Source: a bacterium (lineage in GTDB: Bacteria; UBA8248). Taken from it: a stretch of 64,000 nucleotides of DNA. The notes under the pieces are model-generated. The model did not search any database. It was not told where the DNA came from and was given only the letters and a program-made list of their open reading frames with translations. Positions 20,750 to 31,685 of this stretch are shown here, in pieces (the stretch's first letter is position 1; the number at the start of each line of letters is the position of its first letter). The position numbers were made by a program, and so were the translations under genes. The DNA is taken from NCBI GenBank assembly GCA_965204535.1, contig CBDBEV010000001.1, positions 2,336,001-2,400,000 of the forward strand, in the 5' to 3' direction.

Positions 20750-21931
20750 ATGCCCAAAAGAAGCGAACGCAAGCTTACCAAACGCGTCGTCGACGCGCTA
20801 TCCGTCGAGACGAACGACGCCGTCTTCTGGGACCGGGAGCTGGCGGGTTTCGGGGTGCGGGTATACGCCACGGGCCGGAAGGTCTACGTGGTGCAGTCAC
20901 GGGGTCCGTGGGGTCCCAAACGCGTGGCGCTGGGCAAACACGGCGAGATGTCCACTGATGAGGCGAGGAAGACGGCGGCCGGCGTCATCGACCGCATCAA
21001 GCGGGGGGAGGAGCCCGAGCCCGGGCCGCCCGAGGCCGCGCCCACGGTGGCGGGGCTTGCCGGGCGTTTCATGCGCGACCATGCCGAAACGCACTGCAAG
21101 CCCGACACCGTCAGACTGTACCGTTCCCTGCTCGGGAACCATGTCGTTCCGGCGCTGGGCGGGACCAGGCTCGCCGATGTCGGCCGGGCCGAAGTATCGG
21201 AGTTGCACCACCGGTTGTGTGAGACGCCCGCCGTGGCCAACGCGGTGGCGGGCCTTCTCTCCAGGATGTTCAAGATGGCCGAGGCGTGGGGACTGGTTCC
21301 GCCCGGGGAGAACCCCTGCCGGGGGGTGCGCCGCTACCGGACGCGCAAGCGGGAGCGATTCCTGACGCAAGAGGAGTTCCGCCGCCTGGGCCGGGCGCTC
21401 AGGGAGATCGAGGCCGAGGGGAATGCGTGGCCGGCCGCGGCCGCGGCGATCAGGCTCCTGGCGCTGACCGGGTGCAGGCGGGGCGAGATACTGGATCTCA
21501 GGTGGGACGACGTGGACCGCACGACGGGTGAACTCAGGCTCCGGGACGCCAAGGCGGGCCCGCGCATGGTGCCCCTGACCAAACCCGTATCGAAGGTGCT
21601 GGAGGGGATCCCCCGCTCGCCGGAGGACCCCTGGGTGATCTCCAGAGGGAACGGGAACGGCCGCCCGTTGAACCTCTCCTACTACTGGGAGGCCGTGAGG
21701 GAGCGGGCGGGGCTTCATGATGTCCGCATTCATGACCTCCGGCACTCGTACGCCAGCCGGGCGCTGGCGCTCGGCGAGAGTCTGCCGGCGATCGGCAGGC
21801 TGCTTGGACACCATCACGTGGTGAGCACGGCGCGCTACGCGCACCTGATGCGGGACGCCGAGAAGGCGGCGGCCGCCCGCGTGGGTGAGAGCATCGGCGT
21901 CCACGTCACGAACGGGAGGATGGAGCGATGA
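20750..21931 (+). CDS. Tyrosine integrase with N-terminal arm-binding domain (P4-like)
   Basis: FWD..L.GFGVRV arm domain; TGCR..E, K, HDLRH, LGH and RYAH catalytic residues. Confidence 0.93.
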   Translation: MPKRSERKLTKRVVDALSVETNDAVFWDRELAGFGVRVYATGRKVYVVQSRGPWGPKRVALGKHGEMSTDEARKTAAGVIDRIKRGEEPEPGPPEAAPTVAGLAGRFMRDHAETHCKPDTVRLYRSLLGNHVVPALGGTRLADVGRAEVSELHHRLCETPAVANAVAGLLSRMFKMAEAWGLVPPGENPCRGVRRYRTRKRERFLTQEEFRRLGRALREIEAEGNAWPAAAAAIRLLALTGCRRGEILDLRWDDVDRTTGELRLRDAKAGPRMVPLTKPVSKVLEGIPRSPEDPWVISRGNGNGRPLNLSYYWEAVRERAGLHDVRIHDLRHSYASRALALGESLPAIGRLLGHHHVVSTARYAHLMRDAEKAAAARVGESIGVHVTNGRMER

Positions 21932-23094
21932 CGAAGCCCGCCATGAAAACGCTATCGAACCGGCTGGTGAGGAAACTCACGGTCGAGAAGGACACTGTCT
22001 TCTGGGACCGCGATCTGACCGGCTTCGGGGTGCGGGTCTATCCCACCGGCTCAAAAGTCTACATCGCCCAGGCGCGGGGTCCCGAGGGCCCCAAACGCGT
22101 GGCAGTGGGCCGCCACGGCGTTATCCATGCCGATGAGGCCAGGAAGCGCGCGGCGCTCGTCATCGCGCGCATCAAGGCGGGCGAGGAACCTGTGCCCGAG
22201 CCGATGAAGCCGGCCTGCGGTCCCACGGTGGCCGGGCTGGCGAAGCGCTATCTCGAAGAATACGTTTCCGTGCGGTGCAAGCCGCGCACCGTGAAGACGC
22301 TCCGCTCCGTGGTCGGCAGGAACGTCGTCCCGGCGCTGGGCGCAATGCCGATATCCGCGGTCGAGCGCAAACACGTGGCGGAACTCCACGGGCGGCTGAA
22401 CGCCACGCCCGCGGCGGCGAACAATGCCGTCCGGGCGCTGTCCGCGATGTACCGCCTCGCAGGTGAATGGGGTCTCGTGCCCGAGGGCATGAACCCGTGC
22501 CGCGCCATCGCCGAATACCCGGTCGGCCGGCGGGAGCGCTTCCTCACCGAGGCGGAATTCGACCGACTGGGACGCGCACTCGACAAAGTCGAGACGGAGG
22601 GCGGCGCGTCCGCGTCAGCCGTGGCCGCCATCCGTCTCCTGATGCTGACCGGGTGCCGGAAATCGGAGATCCTCACGCTGCGCTGGGAGGAGGTGGCGCT
22701 CGATCAAGCGGAACTGCGGCTCACCGACTCCAAGACGGGCGCGCGGGTCGTTTCGCTCTCGGAGCCCGCGGTGAAACTCCTCGCGGGTCTGCCGCGCACC
22801 CCCGGGGTCCCCTGGGTCATTCCCGGCAGGAAGCCGGGAACGCACCTCCGGAAGCTCGATGACGCCTGGCAGTCCGTCCGCTCGCGTGCTGGGCTCGCCG
22901 ACGTGCGGCTTCATGACCTGCGCCATTCGTTCGCATCGCGCGCTCTCGCGCTCGGCGAGGGACTTTCTGTGATAGGCAAACTCCTTGGCCACGCCAGGAT
23001 CGAGACCACTTCGCGCTACGCCCATCTTGCGCGCGATTCGGTGCACGAGTCCGCCGAGCGGATAGCGCAGAGCATCGCCGAAGACATGCTGTAG
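21928..23094 (+). CDS. Second, paralogous tyrosine integrase
   Basis: Same motifs (TGCRKSE, SKTG, HDLRH, LGH, RYAH); ATGA overlap with the first. Confidence 0.93.
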   Translation: MTKPAMKTLSNRLVRKLTVEKDTVFWDRDLTGFGVRVYPTGSKVYIAQARGPEGPKRVAVGRHGVIHADEARKRAALVIARIKAGEEPVPEPMKPACGPTVAGLAKRYLEEYVSVRCKPRTVKTLRSVVGRNVVPALGAMPISAVERKHVAELHGRLNATPAAANNAVRALSAMYRLAGEWGLVPEGMNPCRAIAEYPVGRRERFLTEAEFDRLGRALDKVETEGGASASAVAAIRLLMLTGCRKSEILTLRWEEVALDQAELRLTDSKTGARVVSLSEPAVKLLAGLPRTPGVPWVIPGRKPGTHLRKLDDAWQSVRSRAGLADVRLHDLRHSFASRALALGEGLSVIGKLLGHARIETTSRYAHLARDSVHESAERIAQSIAEDML

Positions 23095-23517
23095 GCCACC
23101 GTGCGCAACTCCCGGGAAACCCGGCCGATGATGAACGGTTATCCTGTATCTCCATCCCCGGCCCCGAACGGGTCTTCTCCATCGCGTTTTCTCACGTTTT
23201 TCTGTCATACCCCTGCGCAGCGGAGCGTATCTGTGAGCGTATTCGGAACAATTCCGTAGGATATGAGCTATTAAAACCTGTTGCCGGCGACGCATTTTCG
23301 TATTACATACGCATCGATGAATGCGATCGAATCCCGCACCGGGACCACCCCGGCCTGTCAATCGAGACGCAGCATCGAGACCCGGCTCGCAAGCCGTCCG
23401 GCACCATCGCCGGGGATCGGTTGGCCGAACGCGTCTCCACCCCACCCGGGAGAGGCCGGCAAGTGACTCCCGGAGGAAAATCACGGCTATCCATCAAATC
23501 CTGAAAGGGAGAACCGA

Positions 23518-25602
23518 ATGACCATCGGAAACGCCACCCTGCGCGGCGGCCAGACGCTGCTCCACGACGCCAGGATGTGGGGCCAGCTCGCGCGCTGGGG
23601 GATTTTTGGACTCGTCCTGACTGTCGTCCTGACGCCCGCGGTCAGCGTCTTCACGACGACGAGCGCGCACGAGTGGCGCGTCATTGGCCTGGGCACGCTG
23701 GCCGAGGCCAAGCTCGCCATCGGGTATTCCCCCGATTCGGGACAGGTGTACGAGTGGGGCGCGCGTGAGCGGACGATCGAGCGGATCGAGCTCATCGCAA
23801 GCGATCCCAGGATCGAGCGGATCAGGAGGCGCATGCTCGATACCATTTATTCGAAAACCTGGCTGGGCCTCTGGCTCGGCTTGGGCGGCGTCGCACTCTT
23901 CGCGTTCTTTTTCTGGCTCCTGGGCCGGCGCATGGCGAGGGCGCACAGGGTGCGCGGCGCGGAGATGACCTCGGCTCAGGCGCTCGGGAGGCGCGTGCAA
24001 CCCGTTTTCTCCCGCCTGGCGGAGAAGTTCTCTCCGGCGGCGCGCAAGTCCAGACCCCGCATCGCGGGCGTCCCCTGGCCCGAGCGCGCCGAGACCCAGC
24101 ACACCATCGTCTCGGGCACGACGGGTTCGGGCAAGACCGTCCTGATCTCGGACCTGGTCGCCCAGATCAGGGAACGCGGCGAGCGCTGCATCCTCTACGA
24201 CAAGATGGGGAGCTACACGCGGGCCTTCTACGACCCCGCCCGCGACGTCCTCATGAATCCCCTGGACGCCCGCGCGCCGCGGTGGTCGCCCTTCCTGGAA
24301 GCCAGGACGCCCAGGGATTTCGACACGATGGCCGCCGCCCTGATACCCCAGCAGAAGGACACGGTGGACCCCTTCTGGGTCACGGCCGCGCGGCAGCTGT
24401 TCGCGAACGGCGCGGGCGTCCTGTGGAAGCGCGGCGTGACGGAGAACCGGATACTCGTCGAGCACCTGCTCAAGACAGAGCTCACCTCCCTGGCCGAGGC
24501 CATGGAGGGCACGGTGGCGCAGTCCATCGTGGACCCCGAAAACCCCAAGACCGCGCTCTCGGTGCGCGCCATGCTGACCGCGCACCTGGGCGCGCTCGAA
24601 TGCCTGCCCGACTCAGGCAAGCCCTTTTCCATCCGCGAATGGGTGGAGCGCGAGGACGAGACCGGCTTCCTGTTCCTGACCTCGCGAGGCGACCAGCACG
24701 CGAGCCTCAGGGGCCTTATCTCGACCTGGCTCGAGATCGCGGTGAACGCGCTGTTGTCCCTCGGCCGGGACGATGAGCGCAGGATATGGATTGTGCTCGA
24801 CGAGCTTCCCACCCTGCACCAGGTGCCGAGCCTGCAACCCGGGCTCGCCGAATCGCGCCAGTTCGGGGGGTGCTTCGTCCTGGGGATCCAGGTGATATCG
24901 GCTCTTCGCGATCTCTACGGGAGGAACGGCGCCGAGACCGTATCGGGCCTCTGCGGCACCCGGGTGGTGCTGGCGGCGCCCGACCAGGAGACGGCGCGCT
25001 GGTCGGCCGAGAGCCTCGGCCGCGGCGAGGTAACAGAATACGCGGAGGGGCTGAGCTACGGGGCGAGCGCCATGCGCGACGGCGTCTCGCTGACGCAGCG
25101 CCGCGAGATGCGGCCCCTGGCGCTGCCTTCGGAGATCATGCGCCTCGAGAATCTGCACGGCTACCTCAAGTTCCCCGGTCCCTGGCCGGTGGCGCGGGTC
25201 GAGCTCGACTACGTGAAAAGGCCCGGGGCGGCCGAGAGCTTCATACCGAGGGAGAATTTGCCGGACCTGGGAGCGAAAAGCGCCGAGACCGAACCCTCTC
25301 ATACCGCGAAAACGCACGCGTCCGGGAGGGCGACTGAATCCGGCGAGGCGGCGAATCGGCGGGAACCCGAATCGCCCGGCGATACGACCGCGAACGGTGG
25401 GGCGGAAGACGGGTGTGAACGACCCGCTCCGCCGCCGGACTCAGACCTGGCGGGGCCCGAGCAGGCCCCCGAAACAACCGGGCCGCCGCAATCCGTGGTC
25501 CACTCCGCGGATGGGGATGACGCCGGTGCGGCCGATGACGATGAGCAAAACCGGGGCGAAGACGGCGAAGAGGCCGGGTCCCGCACGCCGGACTGGTTGT
25601 GA
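23518..25602 (+). CDS. traD: Type IV coupling protein, TraD/TrwB family
   Basis: Two N-terminal TM helices, GTTGSGKT Walker A, NPLD.R..W, DPFW, LDELP.L; acidic tail. Confidence 0.92.
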   Translation: MTIGNATLRGGQTLLHDARMWGQLARWGIFGLVLTVVLTPAVSVFTTTSAHEWRVIGLGTLAEAKLAIGYSPDSGQVYEWGARERTIERIELIASDPRIERIRRRMLDTIYSKTWLGLWLGLGGVALFAFFFWLLGRRMARAHRVRGAEMTSAQALGRRVQPVFSRLAEKFSPAARKSRPRIAGVPWPERAETQHTIVSGTTGSGKTVLISDLVAQIRERGERCILYDKMGSYTRAFYDPARDVLMNPLDARAPRWSPFLEARTPRDFDTMAAALIPQQKDTVDPFWVTAARQLFANGAGVLWKRGVTENRILVEHLLKTELTSLAEAMEGTVAQSIVDPENPKTALSVRAMLTAHLGALECLPDSGKPFSIREWVEREDETGFLFLTSRGDQHASLRGLISTWLEIAVNALLSLGRDDERRIWIVLDELPTLHQVPSLQPGLAESRQFGGCFVLGIQVISALRDLYGRNGAETVSGLCGTRVVLAAPDQETARWSAESLGRGEVTEYAEGLSYGASAMRDGVSLTQRREMRPLALPSEIMRLENLHGYLKFPGPWPVARVELDYVKRPGAAESFIPRENLPDLGAKSAETEPSHTAKTHASGRATESGEAANRREPESPGDTTANGGAEDGCERPAPPPDSDLAGPEQAPETTGPPQSVVHSADGDDAGAADDDEQNRGEDGEEAGSRTPDWL

Positions 25603-28403
25603 TGGTCGTCTCGATCGGCGCCGTCGCCGCCCCCGCCCAGGGCGCCTCCTACTACGAGCGCGACGGCTATTACGCCAAGGACGATCCTGCCCACAGGGAG
25701 GTGAGCGCATGGGCCGGGAGGGGAGCGGAAGACCTCGGCCTCACGGGCACGGTCGACCCGGAAGTCTTCAAGGCGGTGCTCGAAGGCGAAGTGCCCGACG
25801 GTTCGGGGAGAAGGCTCGGTCGCAGGCGCAAGGACGGCGTCCTGGAGCACCGTCCCGGACGCGACCTCACCTTCTCGGCGCCCAAGTCCGTCTCGCTCGC
25901 CGCGCTGGTGGGCGGCGACGCCCGCGTCGTCGAGGCCCATGACCGGGCCGTCGAACGCACCCTCGCCTGGGTCGAGGGCCACGCCGCCGAGACCAGGATG
26001 AAGGACCCGGAGACGGGACGCATGGTCCGGGCCGGGGATCAGAAAACGGTGGCCGCGACCTTCCGCCACGATGCCTCGCGCAACCTCGACCCCCAGCTTC
26101 ACACCCACGCGGTGCTGGCCAACATGGTCCGGGGTCCGGACGGCAAGTGGAGGACGATGTCCAACGAGGCGCTCTACCGCCGCCAGAAGCTGATCGGCAT
26201 GCTCTACAGGAGCGAACTGGCGCAGGGACTGGGGAAGCTGGGCTACGGGATAGAGAAGACGCACGCCGACGGTCGGTTCGAGGTCGCCGGCGTCCGCCGC
26301 GAGGTGATCGAGGCGTTCTCGACCCGGCGGGCGGAGATCGAGGCCGCGATGGCCGAGCGGGGCCTGGGAACGACGGCGGAGAATCAGCGCATCGCCGAGC
26401 GCGCGGCGCTCATGACCCGCGCCCGCAAGCGTGACGTGGACAAGTCCGCGCTCAGGGGCATATGGGAGAAACAGGCCACGGACCTCGGATTCGACGCCAG
26501 GGCCCATGCAGCCGAAGCGACCTCAAGGGTCGCCGGCATTGAAGGCAAAGGAGAGGCCCGGGAGACCAGTCCGGCCAAAGAGGCCGTGGAGTGGGCCGTG
26601 GCGCATCTCGCGGAGCGCGAGGCCGTGTTCGCCCGTGCCGACGCTCTCGCCGCCGCGCTGGCCTGGCGGCCGGGCGCGGTGTCCGTCGAGGCGGCGGAGA
26701 GGGCGCTGGGCGATCTCGAAAGAGGGGGACGGCTTCACCCCGCGCCGGGGCTGCACGGGAGGGACGACCTGGCGACCGACAAGGCGCTCGCGGACGAGCG
26801 CGAGACGATCGGGCTGATGCGGGGCGGCCAGGGCCGGGGCCGGGTGGCGATGCGCAGCTGGATCGTGCAGGCGCATCTGCACAAGGGAGCGCTGACGCAG
26901 GGCCAGAGGGAAGCGGTCAAGCTCATCCTCTCGGCCAGGGACCGCGTCGTCGGCGTGCAGGGCTATGCCGGGACCGGCAAGACCACGATGCTCAACCGCG
27001 CCCGCGTGTTACTGGAAAAACGCGGGTTCGAGGTCAAGGGCCTTGCGCCCTCGGCCTCGGCGGTGAAGACGCTCGGGACCGAAGCCGGGATCGAGAGCGA
27101 GACCTTGCAGCGCTTTTTGGCGCGCCATGCCGGCGTTGCCGGGGAAAGGCTCACCAGAAAGGCCGAGCGACGGATGCGCACGGCCTGGGGCAAGACGGTG
27201 CTCGTGGTGGACGAGGGGTCCCTCGCCTCCACCCTGCAGGCCCGAGACCTCCTGCGGGTCGCCCGCGCCCTGCGCATCCCCAGGGTCGTGCTGGTGGGCG
27301 ATGAGAAACAACTCGGCGCCGTGGACGCCGGCAAGCCCTTCGCGCAACTCCAGCAAGCCGGCATGAAGACCGCCGTGATGGACGATATCCTGCGCCAGCG
27401 CGACCCGGACCTCAAGGCCGCGGTCGAGGCGAGCCTTGCCGGCGAGATCGGCCGCGCGTTTGAGAAGCTCGGGTCGAACGTCGCTCAGGTGAAGGCCGAC
27501 AACATCGCGGGCGCGGTGGCGGCGCGCTGGCTCGCGCTCTCGCCCGAGGCGCGCGAGAACACCGGCGTCATGGCGCCCAGTCATGAACTTCGCCAAAAGA
27601 TCAACGCCCATATACGCGAGCGTCTCTCGCGCGAGGGCAGTATCCACGGCCCCGCCTACCGGGGGGAGCGGCTCGTCTCCCGCGGTTATACGAACCCCGA
27701 GAAATCGCTCGCCGCGAATTACGCCCCGGGTGACGTCGTGGCCTTCCACCGCCCCTACAAGCGCCTGGGTGTGGAGAAGAGCGACGAACTCCGCGTATCG
27801 GGCGTGGATCACGAGAACCGGACGGTGGCGCTCGAAGGCAAGGACGGCGGGCGCGTCTTGTGGAAACCCGGGCGGATCGCCGGGCGGACGGGCGGCGCCG
27901 AGGTCTACCGGGCCGAAGAGGTCGAGCTTCGCGCCGGCGACCGTATCCGCTGGACCCGCAATGACAGGAAATTCGAGCTGGTCAACAGCCGGACCGCTGA
28001 GGTGATAGGCGTGAGGGACGACCGCGTGAGCTTCCGCCTTGAAGACGGGCGCAGGCTTGAACTCAGGCAAGACGACCCCCAGCTGCGCCACCTCGACCAT
28101 GCCTGGGCATCAACCGTGCACGCCTTCCAGGGCCGGACCGTCGACAACGTGATCGCCGCGATGCAGGCCAACCACCCGCACCTCACCACGCAGAAGAGCT
28201 TCTACGTGGAGATCAGCCGCGCCCGCGACCGGGCGGAACTCGTGACCGACGACGCAAAGGCGTTACGCGAGCGGCTCGAAACGGCCACGGGCGAACGGGT
28301 ATCGGCGCTCGAGGGGATCGGGGAAACTGTACGGGAAGTACCAGCGAAAGAGGGACGAACGACGGATCGCGAGAAGCAGACCGAGCGAGACCTCAGTTTA
28401 TGA
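25599..28403 (+). CDS. trwC: MOB-F conjugative relaxase-helicase (TrwC/TraI family)
   Basis: YYERDGYY, DLTFSAPKSVS, HDASRNLDPQLHTH, GYAGTGKT, VVDE and YVEISR. Confidence 0.95.
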   Translation: MMVVSIGAVAAPAQGASYYERDGYYAKDDPAHREVSAWAGRGAEDLGLTGTVDPEVFKAVLEGEVPDGSGRRLGRRRKDGVLEHRPGRDLTFSAPKSVSLAALVGGDARVVEAHDRAVERTLAWVEGHAAETRMKDPETGRMVRAGDQKTVAATFRHDASRNLDPQLHTHAVLANMVRGPDGKWRTMSNEALYRRQKLIGMLYRSELAQGLGKLGYGIEKTHADGRFEVAGVRREVIEAFSTRRAEIEAAMAERGLGTTAENQRIAERAALMTRARKRDVDKSALRGIWEKQATDLGFDARAHAAEATSRVAGIEGKGEARETSPAKEAVEWAVAHLAEREAVFARADALAAALAWRPGAVSVEAAERALGDLERGGRLHPAPGLHGRDDLATDKALADERETIGLMRGGQGRGRVAMRSWIVQAHLHKGALTQGQREAVKLILSARDRVVGVQGYAGTGKTTMLNRARVLLEKRGFEVKGLAPSASAVKTLGTEAGIESETLQRFLARHAGVAGERLTRKAERRMRTAWGKTVLVVDEGSLASTLQARDLLRVARALRIPRVVLVGDEKQLGAVDAGKPFAQLQQAGMKTAVMDDILRQRDPDLKAAVEASLAGEIGRAFEKLGSNVAQVKADNIAGAVAARWLALSPEARENTGVMAPSHELRQKINAHIRERLSREGSIHGPAYRGERLVSRGYTNPEKSLAANYAPGDVVAFHRPYKRLGVEKSDELRVSGVDHENRTVALEGKDGGRVLWKPGRIAGRTGGAEVYRAEEVELRAGDRIRWTRNDRKFELVNSRTAEVIGVRDDRVSFRLEDGRRLELRQDDPQLRHLDHAWASTVHAFQGRTVDNVIAAMQANHPHLTTQKSFYVEISRARDRAELVTDDAKALRERLETATGERVSALEGIGETVREVPAKEGRTTDREKQTERDLSL

Positions 28404-29129
28404 TTACTAGCTCTCATCGGAGACAGGTGGGAGCGAATGGACTACACGATAGCAGATTTATTGTGATGCCTTTTCGGGCCGTGCCAGATAGTAGCTGTCG
28501 ACCGGTTCCTAGATGGGAAAAACTGAACCTGTTTCGCTCAAACTAGGTGTTCGGAACGTGTGAGCTAAATGATGCGGCTGCCAAGCAGCGAGAGTAATAA
28601 CCCTCGCTATCGGATACAAAGCCGAGCTGCCGCCAAATTCGACAGAAGTCTAGAAAACAAGCCACTTCGAAAATGTCGAAAAAGTTTTGCTGTTAGATGA
28701 GTCGACCCATACGCTAAATAGAGTGTCGCCACCCGATTCGCCTCGACCGTCTGAGATTGTCACGATGACAAACCGACCCGATAGGGTGCCTGGACAGAAG
28801 CCGGAATGCGGTGCGGGAGAATCTGCCGAACGCTCCGGTATCAACTGGCTGTAAGCGTGTTTGCTATCGTGGAATACCGACACAACGATTCGCAACAACT
28901 CATAATTATTGCATCTTCGGCCAAGTTGACCAATACTATTGCTACTGCTGTCGGGGAGGGAATGCATATCCTGAGCGGCAAGTACGAAAAGTATGGTTAT
29001 GGGCGGCTGGTCAATATCGCCCGAGTTGTCGCTGTGATAGTGACCAAACAAGAGCGACCGATCATTGTCGTTCTGTAGCTGGAGAAATATGATCGACTGA
29101 ATTCGCAGGATATTCGTGAAGACCCCCGG

Positions 29130-29348
29130 ACGATGCGGAACGCAATGGCCGCACAGAAGGCGGCCGAGTCTGGAAAGTCGGAGTCGACGAGATCGAGGCG
29201 CACGAATACAATCTCGATATTAGAAACCTGCATACGACGGAGCCGGAACCCATAGAAACTGCTGAAGGAACTGGCCACAGTCGAAGCGGAAGTGACATTG
29301 GCAAGGGATTAATTGAAAAACACGCTGGCGGAAGGGCTATTGCGATGA
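29130..29348 (+). pseudogene. Remnant of a type I R-M methyltransferase (HsdM) C-terminus
   Basis: AERNGR...VWKV..DEI....YNLDIRN.H, then a frameshift to LL.E.....E....RD*LK..L; resembles HsdM C-termini. Confidence 0.6.
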
Positions 29349-29393
29349 CTTCGGGGAACTGCACCATTCATCCACGACGGAGGAGAACTGAGC

Positions 29394-29705
29394 ATGCACG
29401 CAGCCATTGCTGACAAACGCGATGAACTCGTAGCACTCTGTCGGCAATATCAGGTCGCTCGGCTTGAGGTCTTCGGCTCGGCGGCAAGGGGCACAGACTT
29501 CGACCCGGTATCCAGCGACGCCGACTTCCTGGTGGAATTCAGACTCCACGACGACCGGAAACCGCTCCAACAATACTTCGGCTTTTCCGAAGCGTTACGC
29601 CAGACGCTGGGCCGTCCGGTCGATTTGGTCGAAGCAGGGGCGATCCGCAACCCGTATCTTCGAGCGGCCATCGACAAGTCACGCGAGCTTGTCTATGCAG
29701 CGTGA
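29394..29705 (+). CDS. Minimal nucleotidyltransferase antitoxin (MntA-like)
   Basis: VFGSAARG.DF...SDADFLVEF and LGRPVDLV. Confidence 0.9.
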   Translation: MHAAIADKRDELVALCRQYQVARLEVFGSAARGTDFDPVSSDADFLVEFRLHDDRKPLQQYFGFSEALRQTLGRPVDLVEAGAIRNPYLRAAIDKSRELVYAA

Positions 29706-30051
29706 CCCAAGCGTCCTGCTGGCGGATGTGGATCAGGCCGCTGAGCACATTGTGCACTTCACTGAAAGCATGCATCGCGAGGCCTATCTAGCCGACGCGC
29801 GAACGCAAGCCGCCGTCGAACGCAAGTTCGAGATCATCGGCGAGGCGCTCAATTCCCTGTCTAAGGTCTCGCCCGAGATTGCCGAACGGATTCCCACCAT
29901 GCGTGTGGTCGTCGACTTCCGCAACGTGTTGATCCATGGCTATGCTGTCGTGATGCCCGAACGCGTCTGGGATTACGTCGTTAACGACTTGCCGGAACTG
30001 CATCGGATCATAAAGGTGCTGCTTTCTGAGATGGATCCGCCAGATGTATGA
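29695..30051 (+). CDS. HepT-like HEPN ribonuclease toxin (DUF86)
   Basis: AVERKFEIIGEA and FRNVLIHGY (RX4HXY); overlaps the MNT gene. Confidence 0.9.
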   Translation: MQRDPSVLLADVDQAAEHIVHFTESMHREAYLADARTQAAVERKFEIIGEALNSLSKVSPEIAERIPTMRVVVDFRNVLIHGYAVVMPERVWDYVVNDLPELHRIIKVLLSEMDPPDV

Positions 30052-30751
30052 ACACTGGGCGGTTGCGCACGAGATGCCCTGCAACATGGAGCCGTCCGAA
30101 TTGAGATACACTAAGACTCGCATCCTGAGCGACCAAGCCGGCACGGGAAGCCAAAGCTCGAATCAGTCCACTGTTGTGTCCGCCCGCTCCCTGTTACGGT
30201 ATTTGCTCTACCTGACTGGAGTGCAGGCCCTTCTCGCCACTATCCTGTACAATCGCCTGCTCGACGCCTTTCTGGATGTATCATCCTGCTCACTGCAGAT
30301 CCACCTGTGCACCACCATCAAGTCAATCGGCCAGACCGAGGTCGACGAGATTTACGTCGCAGTTGACAGCAACGGCAGACAGTTCGTACTACCTGTCCAG
30401 GCCCAAGGCGGTAGCGACGAGTTCTCCGTCGTCCGGTTCCAACAGCACCTCCTGTGGTGCCGCAAGCGACTTCCAGACATGATCTACCGCCCCATCCTGA
30501 CGCAGTTTGCCGTAGACGACCTGATCGCGATGTTCGAGATGACGACAAACCACGGCGAGTTCAAGATGGTGCAGGAGAAGCACTGCCGTCTCGTCCCATC
30601 GGCGGAGGTCATTCCCGGGATCTGTTTTGTTTTCGCAACGCCGCCTGAGAAAATCGAGAAGGCACATGGAATCGCATCTTCAAACCTCTTTGTCCCTACT
30701 TCTGCTCGATTCTGCCTTCGGCCATTTCCATCCGAGCCAGTTGCCGCATGA
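30044..30751 (+). pseudogene. Degenerate PD-(D/E)XK restriction-endonuclease-like ORF
   Basis: QALLA...YNRL.D.FL...SLQ.HL.TT.K.IGQ.E.DE.YV..D.....PVQAQGG; N-terminus appears unrelated and the expected QAK reads QAQ. Confidence 0.45.
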
Positions 30752-31650
30752 GCGAAACTGACCGAATCCGGCTGAAGTACGAGGATGACCGTCTTCTCGA
30801 CCGCCTCAATTCGCTCGACGATGTAAACCGGTTCGTACTCACTTTCTGCAGGGACGTGACCCGGATATTTCGCATGGTCACGCTACAACGCAACCCAAGT
30901 CGAAACCCCGATGGTTACGGCCTTGCTGACGCGCCGATCGTCGGTCTCCTGACTCGTGTCGCGAAGTTGTTCGAGCTAGTCACCAGATTCTACGAAATCA
31001 ACAATGGTGATTACCTTAACGTGTTTTCTCGTCCGCTGATCGAGTCGGCAATCGTCGCTACCTATCTCTTGCAAATGGGAGACGACGCTGTAGAGGACTT
31101 CCGAAGGTGCTCGTACAAGGACACGCTCAGGATACTGCGTGACCAGGAAAGCGGATCCGAGTTCTTTGGTAGCCCTGCGGGTCAGCGCGTTCTACGATCC
31201 GCCATTGAGGGCCTCGCTATCGAGGGGCTGTCCAAAGAGAGCTTCTCCGTGCAGAAGCGAAATCGTTGGCGCCTCCAAGGAAAGTCGCTATACGACATCT
31301 TTGGCCAAGTGGCTAGCCCAGCTGAATATCCGTTCGTCTACGGTATGATGTCCGAATCCATACACGGTTCGTGGAACGAATCCATGGATTGGTGTCTTTC
31401 GCGAAACGACGACGGTACCTTCTCCGCATTCGCTCTGTACCATGACGTTGACGCCAGGACAATCCTGCCCTTGATCCGATACGCGACGCCCCCGTACGTC
31501 CTATGGTTCGAGAGAATCCAGTTGCAGGACGATTCCTTACTCGAGGTTCTCTATCGGCTCCAAGACTACGGCCGTGCGATCTACTTCAAGTTCGACGAAC
31601 TCTATGACGGCCCTGCTGCTGGGGGTTCTGCAGCCCCCGCCACGAACTAA
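30748..31650 (+). CDS. DUF5677-like helical protein, paralogue 1
   Basis: R.LIE......YL and YG..SESIHGSW; collinear similarity to the next ORF. Confidence 0.65.
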   Translation: MSETDRIRLKYEDDRLLDRLNSLDDVNRFVLTFCRDVTRIFRMVTLQRNPSRNPDGYGLADAPIVGLLTRVAKLFELVTRFYEINNGDYLNVFSRPLIESAIVATYLLQMGDDAVEDFRRCSYKDTLRILRDQESGSEFFGSPAGQRVLRSAIEGLAIEGLSKESFSVQKRNRWRLQGKSLYDIFGQVASPAEYPFVYGMMSESIHGSWNESMDWCLSRNDDGTFSAFALYHDVDARTILPLIRYATPPYVLWFERIQLQDDSLLEVLYRLQDYGRAIYFKFDELYDGPAAGGSAAPATN

Positions 31651-31685
31651 GCTACATAGTTCTTCAAAGTGGGCCACGCAAACAC

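Noticed and set aside
28410-29100. Short ORFs downstream of the relaxase
   Set aside because: Overlapping candidates without recognisable motifs; likely decayed sequence
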